This document shows positions 1 through 8,146 of a DNA stretch of 64,000 bases, one piece after another. The notes under the pieces are model-generated. The model was not told the origin of the DNA. It did no database searches and saw only the letters and a program-made list of their open reading frames with translations. Location of the stretch: positions 96,001-160,000 of the IMG/VR virus record IMGVR_UViG_3300032038_000001; one strand, given 5' to 3'. A program made the translations under genes and the position numbers. This DNA comes from a virus. Taxonomy: Duplodnaviria; Caudoviricetes. Within the stretch, counting starts at the first letter, position 1, and each line of letters begins with the position of its first letter.

Positions 1-11
1 CATACACAGAA

Positions 12-236
12 ATGGAGTATCTACTATATTCTTTAAAAAATGTAAACATGGATACCATGGCACTAGAACTAATCAATCATGTTACCATTTTAAAAAATGT
101 AGAAATAAATAGTAAAAAATTCAAGTCATTGTCTGAGATATTAGAAACTAAACTTGTAAATAATAAGCAAAGCGATGTATCTAAGGTTACTGAAGAAACA
201 GAAAAAATATCTAATTCTAAGGATGATGAAGATTGA
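12..236 (+). CDS. hypothetical protein (possibly 5'-truncated by window edge)
   Basis: ORF track; the frame is open to the window start and overlaps the next ORF. Confidence 0.5.
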   Translation: MEYLLYSLKNVNMDTMALELINHVTILKNVEINSKKFKSLSEILETKLVNNKQSDVSKVTEETEKISNSKDDED

Positions 237-529
237 ATAAGTTCAAAAAGATACTATTCTCAATTTTTGATTCTGTTGGTGGATTTCTTATCATGCTAAT
301 ATCAATACCAATACTATCAATAGTCTTAATACTATTAGGTATTATTGGTCTAACATATGCTGTTTTAATAATTTTACAGTATATAGAAATTTTTATAGTA
401 AAAATATGGCATTCTATAGATATTATATTAGCATTTATAGAAGTCAAAAAATTAAAAAATAATTATGATATCATTATTGATTTGAAATCAATAAATGAAT
501 ATTTGAAAGGAAGTAATTATAATGAGTAA
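233..529 (+). CDS. small membrane protein
   Basis: long hydrophobic stretch GGFLIMLISIPILSIVLILLGIIGLTYAVLIIL; overlaps the next gene. Confidence 0.65.
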   Translation: MNKFKKILFSIFDSVGGFLIMLISIPILSIVLILLGIIGLTYAVLIILQYIEIFIVKIWHSIDIILAFIEVKKLKNNYDIIIDLKSINEYLKGSNYNE

Positions 530-1205
530 AACATTTTTCACTGCAGACACACACTTCGGTTCTGAGAGGACTCTAACACTATCTAGGAGACCCTTTGATA
601 ATGTTGAAGAGATGAATCGGAATCTGATAGAGCAATACAATAAACTTGTATCAGATGATGATACTGTTTATCATCTCGGAGACTTTGGTGATTACAGTTT
701 TGCAAAACAGTTATCAGGTAAAATTGTTCTTGTATGGGGTAACTATGAACTTAGAGAATTCATTAACGAATTTTCTGTCAGGTCTCTGTTTAGAATACCT
801 GATACTTTTTCGGATGAAGATGTGTGGTCATATATAACAACACATGAGCATGATGCTGAAAAGATGGAAGCTCTTTCTAATTATGAAAGAGAGTTTAATA
901 GCAAACTTTATGAAAAAGGTAATTTTCATAATATAATAAATTTTGATGGTATGGGTCTGAATATTCAGAAAGGTACTAAAAACCTGTGGGTACGTTTGTG
1001 TCATGAGCCCACACAGTGTTTAGTGGATGTTGACCTTAACTCAGAAATGAATTTGTTTGGTCATATTCATGGAAGACAGCTTGTAAAACAATATGGTTTG
1101 GATGTTGGTGTTGATGGTCATCATTTCAGACCTATAGATGTTGATACAGTTTTCTTCTATCAGGAAGCAATACTGAAACATTATGATGTAAATGTATTTC
1201 TCTAA
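522..1205 (+). CDS. calcineurin-like metallophosphoesterase
   Basis: motifs ADTHFG, HLGDFG, WGNYE, CHEP, FGHIH, DVGVD. Confidence 0.9.
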   Translation: MSKTFFTADTHFGSERTLTLSRRPFDNVEEMNRNLIEQYNKLVSDDDTVYHLGDFGDYSFAKQLSGKIVLVWGNYELREFINEFSVRSLFRIPDTFSDEDVWSYITTHEHDAEKMEALSNYEREFNSKLYEKGNFHNIINFDGMGLNIQKGTKNLWVRLCHEPTQCLVDVDLNSEMNLFGHIHGRQLVKQYGLDVGVDGHHFRPIDVDTVFFYQEAILKHYDVNVFL

Positions 1206-1207
1206 TT

Positions 1208-1250
1208 AAAAAAAGAGAATGGTGACATAAAAATCACCATTCTCTTTTTT
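1208..1250. terminator. intrinsic terminator (perfect stem flanked by A and T runs)
   Basis: aaaaaagagaatggtga-cataaaaa-tcaccattctctttttt. Confidence 0.85.
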
Positions 1251-1319
1251 ATTTTATAAGCAATATTGTTGTTTACTTTTTTGTGTTTTATTTTATACTT
1301 CACTTTATTCTAATAAATA

Positions 1320-1327
1320 TATATTAT
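1320..1327 (+). promoter_or_regulatory. putative early (virion-RNAP) promoter core TATATTAT
   Basis: same octamer upstream of genes at 6666 (+), 19270 (-), 50615 (-), 52719 (-); matches the AR9 TATATTAT / phiKZ TATATTAC early consensus. Confidence 0.6.
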
Positions 1328-1366
1328 TTTTACGGAATAAGTTAATCAAAAAAGAATGAAAGGATT

Positions 1367-2053
1367 GTGTTAACTATGAAATTTCCACAGTTTTTATTAG
1401 CCGATGACGAGAGGACATTCCAAGTCATTGGAGAAATAACCAAAAACGATGATGAAGCAACTGGCATCTTTGTTGATGGAAAAGGGTATATTGATGAAAA
1501 TGGATATATCTGGATTCATTCAGGTTCTGGTAAACCTAAGAATGCAAATCAGTTACCATATTTTTGGTTTGAAAATGGTAAGAAGAAATTTTCCGAACCA
1601 AATAAAAAAGTTTTTGATGTCTATAATTCATCAAAGTTGAAAGACATGAGTATCGGTATTATAGTTGATAATACCAAGGAAGGTGAGGAACTTTATTCTG
1701 AACAGGCAATAAATGATATGAATTCTGCTGCAGAAGTCTATGTTCCTACGTATAAAGACACTGATGATTTTCTAAAGAAGTTAATTAAGACTGCTATTGT
1801 AGAAAAAGGTGTAGACATTGCTAGGCTGAAATATAAAATGCCTGAGAAGTATATACTTCCTAATATGAAAGCAGCTCTCAATGGAGATACAAAAATGTCA
1901 GTGTTATATTTTATAACATGGGCTGAATTATTAGGTCTTGACTTTATGGTTGTACTGAATGATAACGGCTCGGATCCTATCGACCCGTTAAAGCAGTCAC
2001 TCATATACGATAGTACAAAGGATAGAGTTTTAAGGGAGAGTGAAATGAAATGA
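1367..2053 (+). CDS. hypothetical protein, translationally coupled to ppk1
   Basis: 228-aa ORF, RBS gaaagga, ATGA overlap with ppk1. Confidence 0.75.
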   Translation: MLTMKFPQFLLADDERTFQVIGEITKNDDEATGIFVDGKGYIDENGYIWIHSGSGKPKNANQLPYFWFENGKKKFSEPNKKVFDVYNSSKLKDMSIGIIVDNTKEGEELYSEQAINDMNSAAEVYVPTYKDTDDFLKKLIKTAIVEKGVDIARLKYKMPEKYILPNMKAALNGDTKMSVLYFITWAELLGLDFMVVLNDNGSDPIDPLKQSLIYDSTKDRVLRESEMK

Positions 2054-4059
2054 AATTAAATCTCGATACCTATGAAATGGTATTTAAAAAGGAACCAAAG
2101 GTTCGTGGTAAATTTATTAATAGAGAACTTTCATTGATTGATTTTGATGAGAGAGTCTTATTTTGTGCAACTGATAAAGAAGTTCCTTTAAATGAAAGGT
2201 TAAACTTTTTATCAATTACGGATTCTAATCTTACCGAAATGATATCCGTGAGATTTGCCAATGCATTTCATAATAAAGATACTGAGCCTTATGGTAAGAT
2301 TCTCAAGAAAATTATCTCATTTAAGAAAGCTCAAAATGATGTTTATACTTCATTAAAAAATGAACTTGGGAAAAATGGAATAAAATTCATGAAAGTATCT
2401 AATCTTGATAAAAAAGAAAGAGCAAAACTTTATAATGAATATATGAGAAACATTTTTCCTTTGTTAACACCTGTGAATGTTAGAATAAATGATATTCCGG
2501 ATATATCATCGGGTGAGTTATGTCTAGCAGTCACGATAATGAATGGTTCTATTGATGAACTTATTATGATACCATTAGGTAATATAGATAAGATTTATCA
2601 AATCGGAAATAAAGTGCTAATGATAGAAGACATAATATTCAGTTTTATGTCTGATACGTTATTCATTAATAAAGAAATAACGTCGAAAGGTATTTTTAGA
2701 ATTATTCGTGATGGGTCTGTTATTCTATCTCATGATACTAGTCGTTTTATAGTAGATAGAATGACTGATACTATAAAGAGACGTGAGCATGGAACTCCAA
2801 TATTTGTTGAGGTCAATAAAGAGGCTTCCGATAGTTTAACAGATATGATTATGAATATTTTCAAGATACCTAATAATCATATCTACAGTGATTCAAGTAT
2901 CATTTATTATCAAAGGTTTTCTCAGCCTTTACTTGATTCTAAGGAATCGTATAAGGCATTTAAGCCGTATGAATATGAAAATGAAGAGAATTACCATGAC
3001 ATGTTTGATGCAATAAGCCATGAGGATATATTACTTCATCATCCATATGATAGTTATGAAACCGTTGTGAAGTTTATTCAACATGCTGCTGTTGATAAAG
3101 ATGTTAAAGCCATCAAACAAACACTTTATAGAGTTTCATCTGTTGATTCTCCAATAGTTGAAGCTCTTTGTACTGCCGCTAGAAACGGTAAAAAGGTTTC
3201 AGTACTGATAGAAATAAAGGCTAGGTTTGATGAGGAAAATAATATCAAACTCATATCCAAACTTCAAAACGCTGGTGCCGTAGTTATTCTTGGTAATGAA
3301 TATCTAAAAACACATTGTAAACTTTGCGTTATAATACGTAAAGAAAATGATAAATTGAAGATATACAGCCATGTTGCTACTGGTAACTATAATGAAAAAA
3401 CATCTAGAATTTATACAGATATTTCATATTTTACCAGCCGGCAAAAAGTTGGAAATGACTTACTGCATATATTTAACATTCTATCTGGACATTCTAATCC
3501 TGATGAAAAATTACAAAAGATATACTATTCTCCAGTCACACTAAGAAAACAGCTCATTAGTTGTATTGATAGAGAAATAGCACTTGCTAAGAAAGGTAAG
3601 AAAGCTGAAATATTTATGAAAATAAACTCTTTATCCGATAAAATAATGGCTGATAAAATCTATGAAGCTGCTGATAAAGGAGTTAGTGTATATATCATAT
3701 GCAGAGGAGTATGCAGCATTGTACCAAGAAAAAATCTATATATCAAATCTATTGTAGGTAGATTTCTTGAACACAGCAGAATATATTATTTTGGTAATGG
3801 TAAAAACCATGAATATTATATATCTTCTGCTGATCTTTTGACTCGTAATCTTGATAAACGAGTTGAAACGTTAATTTCACTTAAGGACTCTGCTGTAGTA
3901 AAACAGCTTAAGTGGATAATTGACGTGTATAAGAATGACAATTCAAATTCTTTCATTATGCTTAAAGACGGAAAATGGCATAAAAAGAAAGGTGACTTCT
4001 CATGCCACGATTGGTTTATAAAGCATACTAATGACAGAAAAAAGATTAAGAAAGGATAA
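2050..4059 (+). CDS. ppk1: polyphosphate kinase 1
   Basis: FINRELS, LHHPYDSY, IKQTLYR, EIKARFDEENN, LKTHCK (catalytic His), TGNYNEKT, GRFLEHSRIYYF, SSADLLTRNLDKRVE. Confidence 0.95.
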   Translation: MKLNLDTYEMVFKKEPKVRGKFINRELSLIDFDERVLFCATDKEVPLNERLNFLSITDSNLTEMISVRFANAFHNKDTEPYGKILKKIISFKKAQNDVYTSLKNELGKNGIKFMKVSNLDKKERAKLYNEYMRNIFPLLTPVNVRINDIPDISSGELCLAVTIMNGSIDELIMIPLGNIDKIYQIGNKVLMIEDIIFSFMSDTLFINKEITSKGIFRIIRDGSVILSHDTSRFIVDRMTDTIKRREHGTPIFVEVNKEASDSLTDMIMNIFKIPNNHIYSDSSIIYYQRFSQPLLDSKESYKAFKPYEYENEENYHDMFDAISHEDILLHHPYDSYETVVKFIQHAAVDKDVKAIKQTLYRVSSVDSPIVEALCTAARNGKKVSVLIEIKARFDEENNIKLISKLQNAGAVVILGNEYLKTHCKLCVIIRKENDKLKIYSHVATGNYNEKTSRIYTDISYFTSRQKVGNDLLHIFNILSGHSNPDEKLQKIYYSPVTLRKQLISCIDREIALAKKGKKAEIFMKINSLSDKIMADKIYEAADKGVSVYIICRGVCSIVPRKNLYIKSIVGRFLEHSRIYYFGNGKNHEYYISSADLLTRNLDKRVETLISLKDSAVVKQLKWIIDVYKNDNSNSFIMLKDGKWHKKKGDFSCHDWFIKHTNDRKKIKKG

Positions 4060-4700
4060 TGATGAATATTATGAATAATACTATTAATGAAATATTTAAT
4101 GTAATGAATTTTGTGGTTAATGATATTGCTTCAGAAACGATTTCAACTGTTTCTGAAGCGTGTGAGTTAATATCAGCCATATCTAAGTTTATGATAGGTA
4201 AAAAAGATGACTCTGCTAAGGCTGAAATGTCTAGTATTATTTCGTCTATAGATGATCTTAATTTACTAGGATTACATCTTTTTAAAATTGAGTTATCACT
4301 AAGCTATGCTAATGAACAGATAGCTTTGATATCTGGTTCATCAGATAGTGCATGGAAAATAATGTATCTGATATCAGAACTTTTTCAAAGTTTAAATTCA
4401 GCAGGAAACAAAGCTAATGATGTCGATGTTAATAAGAATAATCAATCTGATGAAAAAACAGAATTAAAGAATAAAATTAATGAACTTAAAGAACTTGCGG
4501 AGTTTTTCGATATTGCTGTTATATCAGCACAACAGCTTAACCGTGTAGGTGCAAGTGTTGTAGATACTACTGCGATAGAAATGAGAACTGAAATTATCAC
4601 ACTTGTTCAGTCTTACTGTAATATGTACGGCTATAATGTACAGTTCATTACATTAAATGAAGACGGAAGAATTGTAACAATAGATAACGTTACAAATTAA
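4059..4700 (+). CDS. hypothetical protein carrying a 40-aa DnaB-helicase segment
   Basis: 4446-4565 encodes SDEKTELKNKINELKELAEFFDIAVISAQQLNRVGASVVD, 36/40 identical to the helicase at 53242-53361. Confidence 0.75.
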   Translation: MMNIMNNTINEIFNVMNFVVNDIASETISTVSEACELISAISKFMIGKKDDSAKAEMSSIISSIDDLNLLGLHLFKIELSLSYANEQIALISGSSDSAWKIMYLISELFQSLNSAGNKANDVDVNKNNQSDEKTELKNKINELKELAEFFDIAVISAQQLNRVGASVVDTTAIEMRTEIITLVQSYCNMYGYNVQFITLNEDGRIVTIDNVTN

Positions 4701-4760
4701 AAATATGAATAACTATTATCTCTGATACAAGGAGATAATGTTAATAAAAACATTTTTATA

Positions 4761-5096
4761 TTGAAAGGACGGATGGTTATGAATTTCATGACTGCAAAAA
4801 CAAAAATTGAGGATATGCTGAGCACTCGCCAGCAGATTTTCAAGGAGACTGCTGACCTTGTGGCAGGGTCAATTATTGACCGTGCACAAACAAAGGGAAT
4901 CAATAACATTGATTCCAACGTAAGAGACATAGACACTCTCCTTGCAGGTTTCTCAGCGGAAGAGAGAGTGACAATTCTCGAAATGGCTATCGTAAAGCTT
5001 GCTGCAAACGGTAAGTTTGGTTATAATAACGATAGCGGTAAGAAGAAAGACGGTGGCGGAAACTACAATCGATTTCTTGGAGGAAATCGTTATTAA
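4761..5096 (+). CDS. hypothetical protein (true start probably one of the downstream ATGs)
   Basis: ORF track; preceded by AACA-N6-TA and followed by a terminator at ~5104-5140. Confidence 0.7.
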   Translation: MKGRMVMNFMTAKTKIEDMLSTRQQIFKETADLVAGSIIDRAQTKGINNIDSNVRDIDTLLAGFSAEERVTILEMAIVKLAANGKFGYNNDSGKKKDGGGNYNRFLGGNRY

Positions 5097-5166
5097 TTAA
5101 AACAAGGGGTTGAGAATATAAAAGTATTCTCAACCCCTTTATTTTTTATAAGGAAGTGATAATTAT

Positions 5167-6612
5167 ATGTCTGAAATACGTGTATTTCATTCACATATTG
5201 AAGTGTATCCATATAAACAAGGTGATATGTTTCCATTGGAAAAGATATTATCTAAATTTGATACTATTACACACAGATATATTCCCATTGGATATTTTAT
5301 TCAAAATAATATTCTGTATTTACCAAGGGGAATTAGTTTATCTATGTTGCAGGGTATGTTTAATAATATACCAACTATAGAAAGAGAACATGACCCCTGT
5401 GCCAAAATAAAAAAATGCAAGATGACATATGAACCAAAAAATCGTATACAAGAAGAAGCAATATCATTTCTTACTTCTACTGGAAAATTTCAACCGGGAG
5501 CTGAATTTTCACAATTTAGTTTAAACTTAGATACCGGTGATGGTAAAACGTTTTGTATGTGTAGTGCTATTCTTAAGTTAGGACTCAAATCTATAATAAT
5601 TACACATAAAGAACGAATCAAAGAACAATGGATAAAAACTTTCATAGAAATGTCTACAGTTAGTGAAACGCAGTTATATGATATAAGTGGTTCAGAATCT
5701 ATTGATTTAATAATGAAAGGTAATGTAAAAGCAGATATATACTTTGTCAATCATCAAACGTTGAGTTCATATGCAAGAGTTCATGGGTGGACAGCTATAC
5801 GAGATTTTTTTAAGAAAATTAAAGTTGGGATAAAAGTAGTTGATGAAGCCCATAAGTTCTTTGAAAACTCATTGATGATAGACTACTTTTCAAATGTAAA
5901 GAAATCATTTTATCTCACTGCTACATTTACTAGAAGTGATCCTAAAGAAATAAAAATATTTAAATCAGCTTACTCGTCAGTATATCGTTTTGGCGAAGAG
6001 ACGATGGATTATGAAGAAAAACGTAAGCACATAGTATTTATAGTTGTTTATTATCACAGCAGACCAACACTGCAACAACGAAATCTTATTTCAACATCTT
6101 ATGGATTTTCATCATATAGATATATTGATTATGCATTAAATGAAGAAAATAACAGTATGATGAAGGTTCTTCAAAGAATAATTACTCAGACAGAAAATCT
6201 TAATGGTAAGACTCTTATTATATCTCCAAAGATTGAATCTGTTGAATATATTGCAAAAGAACTTGATAAGTATACAGATAAAACAGTTGGTACTGTTCAT
6301 AGTAAGAACAGTGTTAAACAGAATGAACGTGGAATTAATTCGGATATCATATCATCTACAGTAAAATCAATAGGTGAGGGTGATGATATTAAAGGATTAA
6401 GGATACTGATTAATCTAGAACCAATAGGGTCAAAAGCATTAGCTGACCAATTACGTGGTAGATTACGTGAGTATTCTCATGATGATGATACATTCATGTT
6501 TTATCCAGTAGACACATCTATCAATGAAACTGTGGTATTTTTAAAAAGAATTATGCCAGTAATGAAAAAGAAATGTAAAGAAATAATAATGATACACATG
6601 GATGATATTTAG
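5167..6612 (+). CDS. superfamily 2 (DExH) helicase
   Basis: LDTGDGKT (Walker A), VVDEAH, YLTATF, GEGDDI, QLRGRLR. Confidence 0.9.
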   Translation: MSEIRVFHSHIEVYPYKQGDMFPLEKILSKFDTITHRYIPIGYFIQNNILYLPRGISLSMLQGMFNNIPTIEREHDPCAKIKKCKMTYEPKNRIQEEAISFLTSTGKFQPGAEFSQFSLNLDTGDGKTFCMCSAILKLGLKSIIITHKERIKEQWIKTFIEMSTVSETQLYDISGSESIDLIMKGNVKADIYFVNHQTLSSYARVHGWTAIRDFFKKIKVGIKVVDEAHKFFENSLMIDYFSNVKKSFYLTATFTRSDPKEIKIFKSAYSSVYRFGEETMDYEEKRKHIVFIVVYYHSRPTLQQRNLISTSYGFSSYRYIDYALNEENNSMMKVLQRIITQTENLNGKTLIISPKIESVEYIAKELDKYTDKTVGTVHSKNSVKQNERGINSDIISSTVKSIGEGDDIKGLRILINLEPIGSKALADQLRGRLREYSHDDDTFMFYPVDTSINETVVFLKRIMPVMKKKCKEIIMIHMDDI

Positions 6613-6709
6613 ATAAAATTAAGAAACGGATTACTTTAATCCGTTTCTTAATTTTTTTTTAGGTATATATTATTTTTATATATTTAAAATAAATTTAGGA
6701 GGTTTTACT

Positions 6710-7294
6710 ATGATGAAAAAACTTTTACAAAAAATATTTGGTGGTGATATTTTAATTATTAATGCGTTTATATCATCTCTAATGTTTGCAGTAGTGTTAC
6801 CGTATAATCAAAAAGCCATCTTTTCAGTATTACCTGAAAAATACTATTCAATGTCAGTAATACTTGAGTGTATTGGGGTGGTTGTGTATTCTAAATTATG
6901 GAATACTTATCGAGAAAAATTATATAAAAGATTTGTTTTGTTTTCGGTATTCGATTCATTACATTTCATTGTATCACTTCTCTTATATTTGCTAACAAAA
7001 AGCATAGTAGTTTACTATATAATAGACACCATACTTTTTACTATATTTTCCAGAAATGTGATTTCTGGATGCAATACATTGTTAGCAAAGAGATATAGTG
7101 ACCCTGAAAAGCGGAATTGTTATGATAACAATATAGCATCAGTCTCTGGTGTTGCTACAATATTAGGTAGTAGCTTGTCAATAATGGTTTCGCATATAGG
7201 ATTTATATTCGTTGTTATAATAATTACAATATTGAATTTGATTGACAATATCTTATTCATAGTTGTAAAAATAAAACAAGACAAACATGAATAA
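6710..7294 (+). CDS. multi-pass membrane protein (half-MFS-like)
   Basis: about 5-6 hydrophobic segments; RBS aggagg; TATATTAT upstream. Confidence 0.7.
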   Translation: MMKKLLQKIFGGDILIINAFISSLMFAVVLPYNQKAIFSVLPEKYYSMSVILECIGVVVYSKLWNTYREKLYKRFVLFSVFDSLHFIVSLLLYLLTKSIVVYYIIDTILFTIFSRNVISGCNTLLAKRYSDPEKRNCYDNNIASVSGVATILGSSLSIMVSHIGFIFVVIIITILNLIDNILFIVVKIKQDKHE

Positions 7295-7331
7295 AGATGA
7301 AAGAATATAGGTATGCGCCTATATTCTTTTT

Positions 7332-7552
7332 TTATTATAAAACCGTAAACTTAATAATTTCATATATATAATATTTTAGTGTAATAAGATAAATGATATC
7401 TTAATCTAACTTCATAGCGAAGGCGTCAGATTAAGATATTATATAGATTATTACATAAACAGCAGTAAGTGGTTTCTCGGAACTTTTATACGTTCCCTCT
7501 GTTTACCACAGTCAATAAAACAGAGTATAAGTACAATAAGGAGGTACTTATT
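7332..7552 (+). repeat. conserved structured leader element, copy 1
   Basis: differs from the reverse complement of 37565-37783 by one substitution and a 2-nt loop indel; homologous to 35613-35819 and 36341-36553. Confidence 0.95.
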
Positions 7553-7885
7553 ATGACATTAACAGAAAAAATGGAATTAGCAGAGTTGATTCGTGGTATC
7601 GTTCGTGAAGAGCTGCAGAGAGTGCTTGCGGAAAATAATAAAACTGTAGACAGCGGCACTACTACAACTACCATCGGCAGCACTGAAAATGCAAAGGCTT
7701 ATTTGAAGAAAATAAGCCCGATGATGAGTGAGTATGTGAGCCGATATACCCTCTATGATATCAGCAAAGAAATGAAGTCAGTACTTACAGCTGACGAAAT
7801 AAAGTACGTCATTATCCACCTGGACTCAAATAACTTGTGTAGCAAGAAAAACAGCAGAGACCTAAGTGAGATGCTGTTTAAGTAA
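7553..7885 (+). CDS. orphan cargo protein (110 aa, MTLTEKMELAEL...)
   Basis: AAGGAGG before ATG 7553; the ORF-track extension to 7469 lies inside the repeat; terminator at 7889-7931. Confidence 0.8.
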   Translation: MTLTEKMELAELIRGIVREELQRVLAENNKTVDSGTTTTTIGSTENAKAYLKKISPMMSEYVSRYTLYDISKEMKSVLTADEIKYVIIHLDSNNLCSKKNSRDLSEMLFK

Positions 7886-7930
7886 CAATAAGTGCAGTGT
7901 GAACAATTGTTCACACTGCACTTTATTTTT

Positions 7931-8131
7931 TTATTCAATTACAAAATATTTTCTTAAATAATCTTCCTGTGATAAATATTTTTTTTCATTTAGTTTACCA
8001 TGTTTTTTATTATAGGCTTCTTCTCTTCTAGTTTCGGCATCAGCACGTATTTTATCAATATCATGTTTTCGTTTATTCTCTCTTTTACGAGATATAAAAT
8101 TAAACTGTCTTCTACTAGAATATCTAAGCAT
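7931..8131 (-). CDS. small basic hypothetical protein
   Basis: RBS aaggag; directly downstream of the RNAP gene. Confidence 0.6.
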   Translation of the reverse strand: MLRYSSRRQFNFISRKRENKRKHDIDKIRADAETRREEAYNKKHGKLNEKKYLSQEDYLRKYFVIE

Positions 8132-8146
8132 ATAAATTTCTCCTTA

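Noticed and set aside
7395-7440. Leader hairpin as an integron attC site (ATCTAAC matches RYYYAAC)
   Set aside because: The partner arm is GTCAGAT rather than GTTRRRY, the spacing is only ~14 nt, the match is not kept in copies 2 and 3, and no integrase is in the window
7469-7525. Leader pseudoknot as a hammerhead, HDV/theta, twister or pistol ribozyme
   Set aside because: The antisense strand has GUA...GAAAC but no CUGANGA or stem I; the HDV-like topology lacks P3/L3; no twister or pistol consensus nucleotides
7469-7552. Shared N-terminal peptide FPLFTTVNKTEYKYNKEVLIM in ORF-track entries 7469 and 37627
   Set aside because: An artefact of translating the non-coding repeat; the strong RBS points to ATG 7553 and ATG 37564, and copies 2 and 3 do not keep this frame
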